A stretch of 64,000 bases of DNA from Sarea resinae (taxonomy: Eukaryota): NCBI GenBank assembly GCA_026026165.1, contig JAPEUD010000093.1:1-64000 (forward strand), written 5' to 3'. This document shows, one piece after another, positions 63,811-64,000 of this stretch. The number at the start of each line of letters is the position of its first letter. Position 1 is the first letter of the stretch. The translations under genes were made by a program, and so were the position numbers. The notes under the pieces are model-generated. The model was not told where the DNA came from, did no database searches, and saw nothing but the letters and a program-made list of their open reading frames with translations.

Positions 63811-64000
63811 ATCCCCTTAGCGATCTAGCGATCTCTCTATTGAATCTGCTTATCAATTGACCTTTTCTATTGAAACCTCTCTTTATTCTATCTACATATG
63901 TACCTTTAATCTTAGTATTAATCTAGGAACTCTAGGCAGCGGTAGAGAAGTAGAGAAGATAGATACCTGGATAGAAATAGATAGTATCTAAGGTACATAG

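Overview
The window is the end of a filamentous ascomycete chromosome. It opens with a (CCCTAA)n telomere, and the genes carry GT-AG introns with CTRAY branch points. Four zones are visible. (1) 1-6.1 kb: telomere, a motif-rich subtelomeric repeat array, direct repeats and an AT-rich tract with a RIP-like signature. (2) 6-20 kb: orphan and degraded genes, an intact 5-exon C2H2 zinc-finger gene and an A-T-C NRPS-like gene. (3) 20-35.5 kb: copper amine oxidase, divergent Myb transcription factor, frameshifted SMP-30/gluconolactonase, ankyrin protein, OPT transporter and aldehyde dehydrogenase, a candidate amine-metabolism cluster. (4) 37.7-63.2 kb: a ~2100-aa secreted SVSLP-repeat protein, a divergent choline oxidase/betaine aldehyde dehydrogenase pair, an XIP-type aquaporin, and part of the fungal GlcNAc-catabolism cluster (GlcNAc-6-P deacetylase, Ngs1-like GH3-GNAT sensor, Ndt80-family regulator). 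A ~59-bp tandem repeat closes the window. All calls come from motif recognition by eye; no database search was run.
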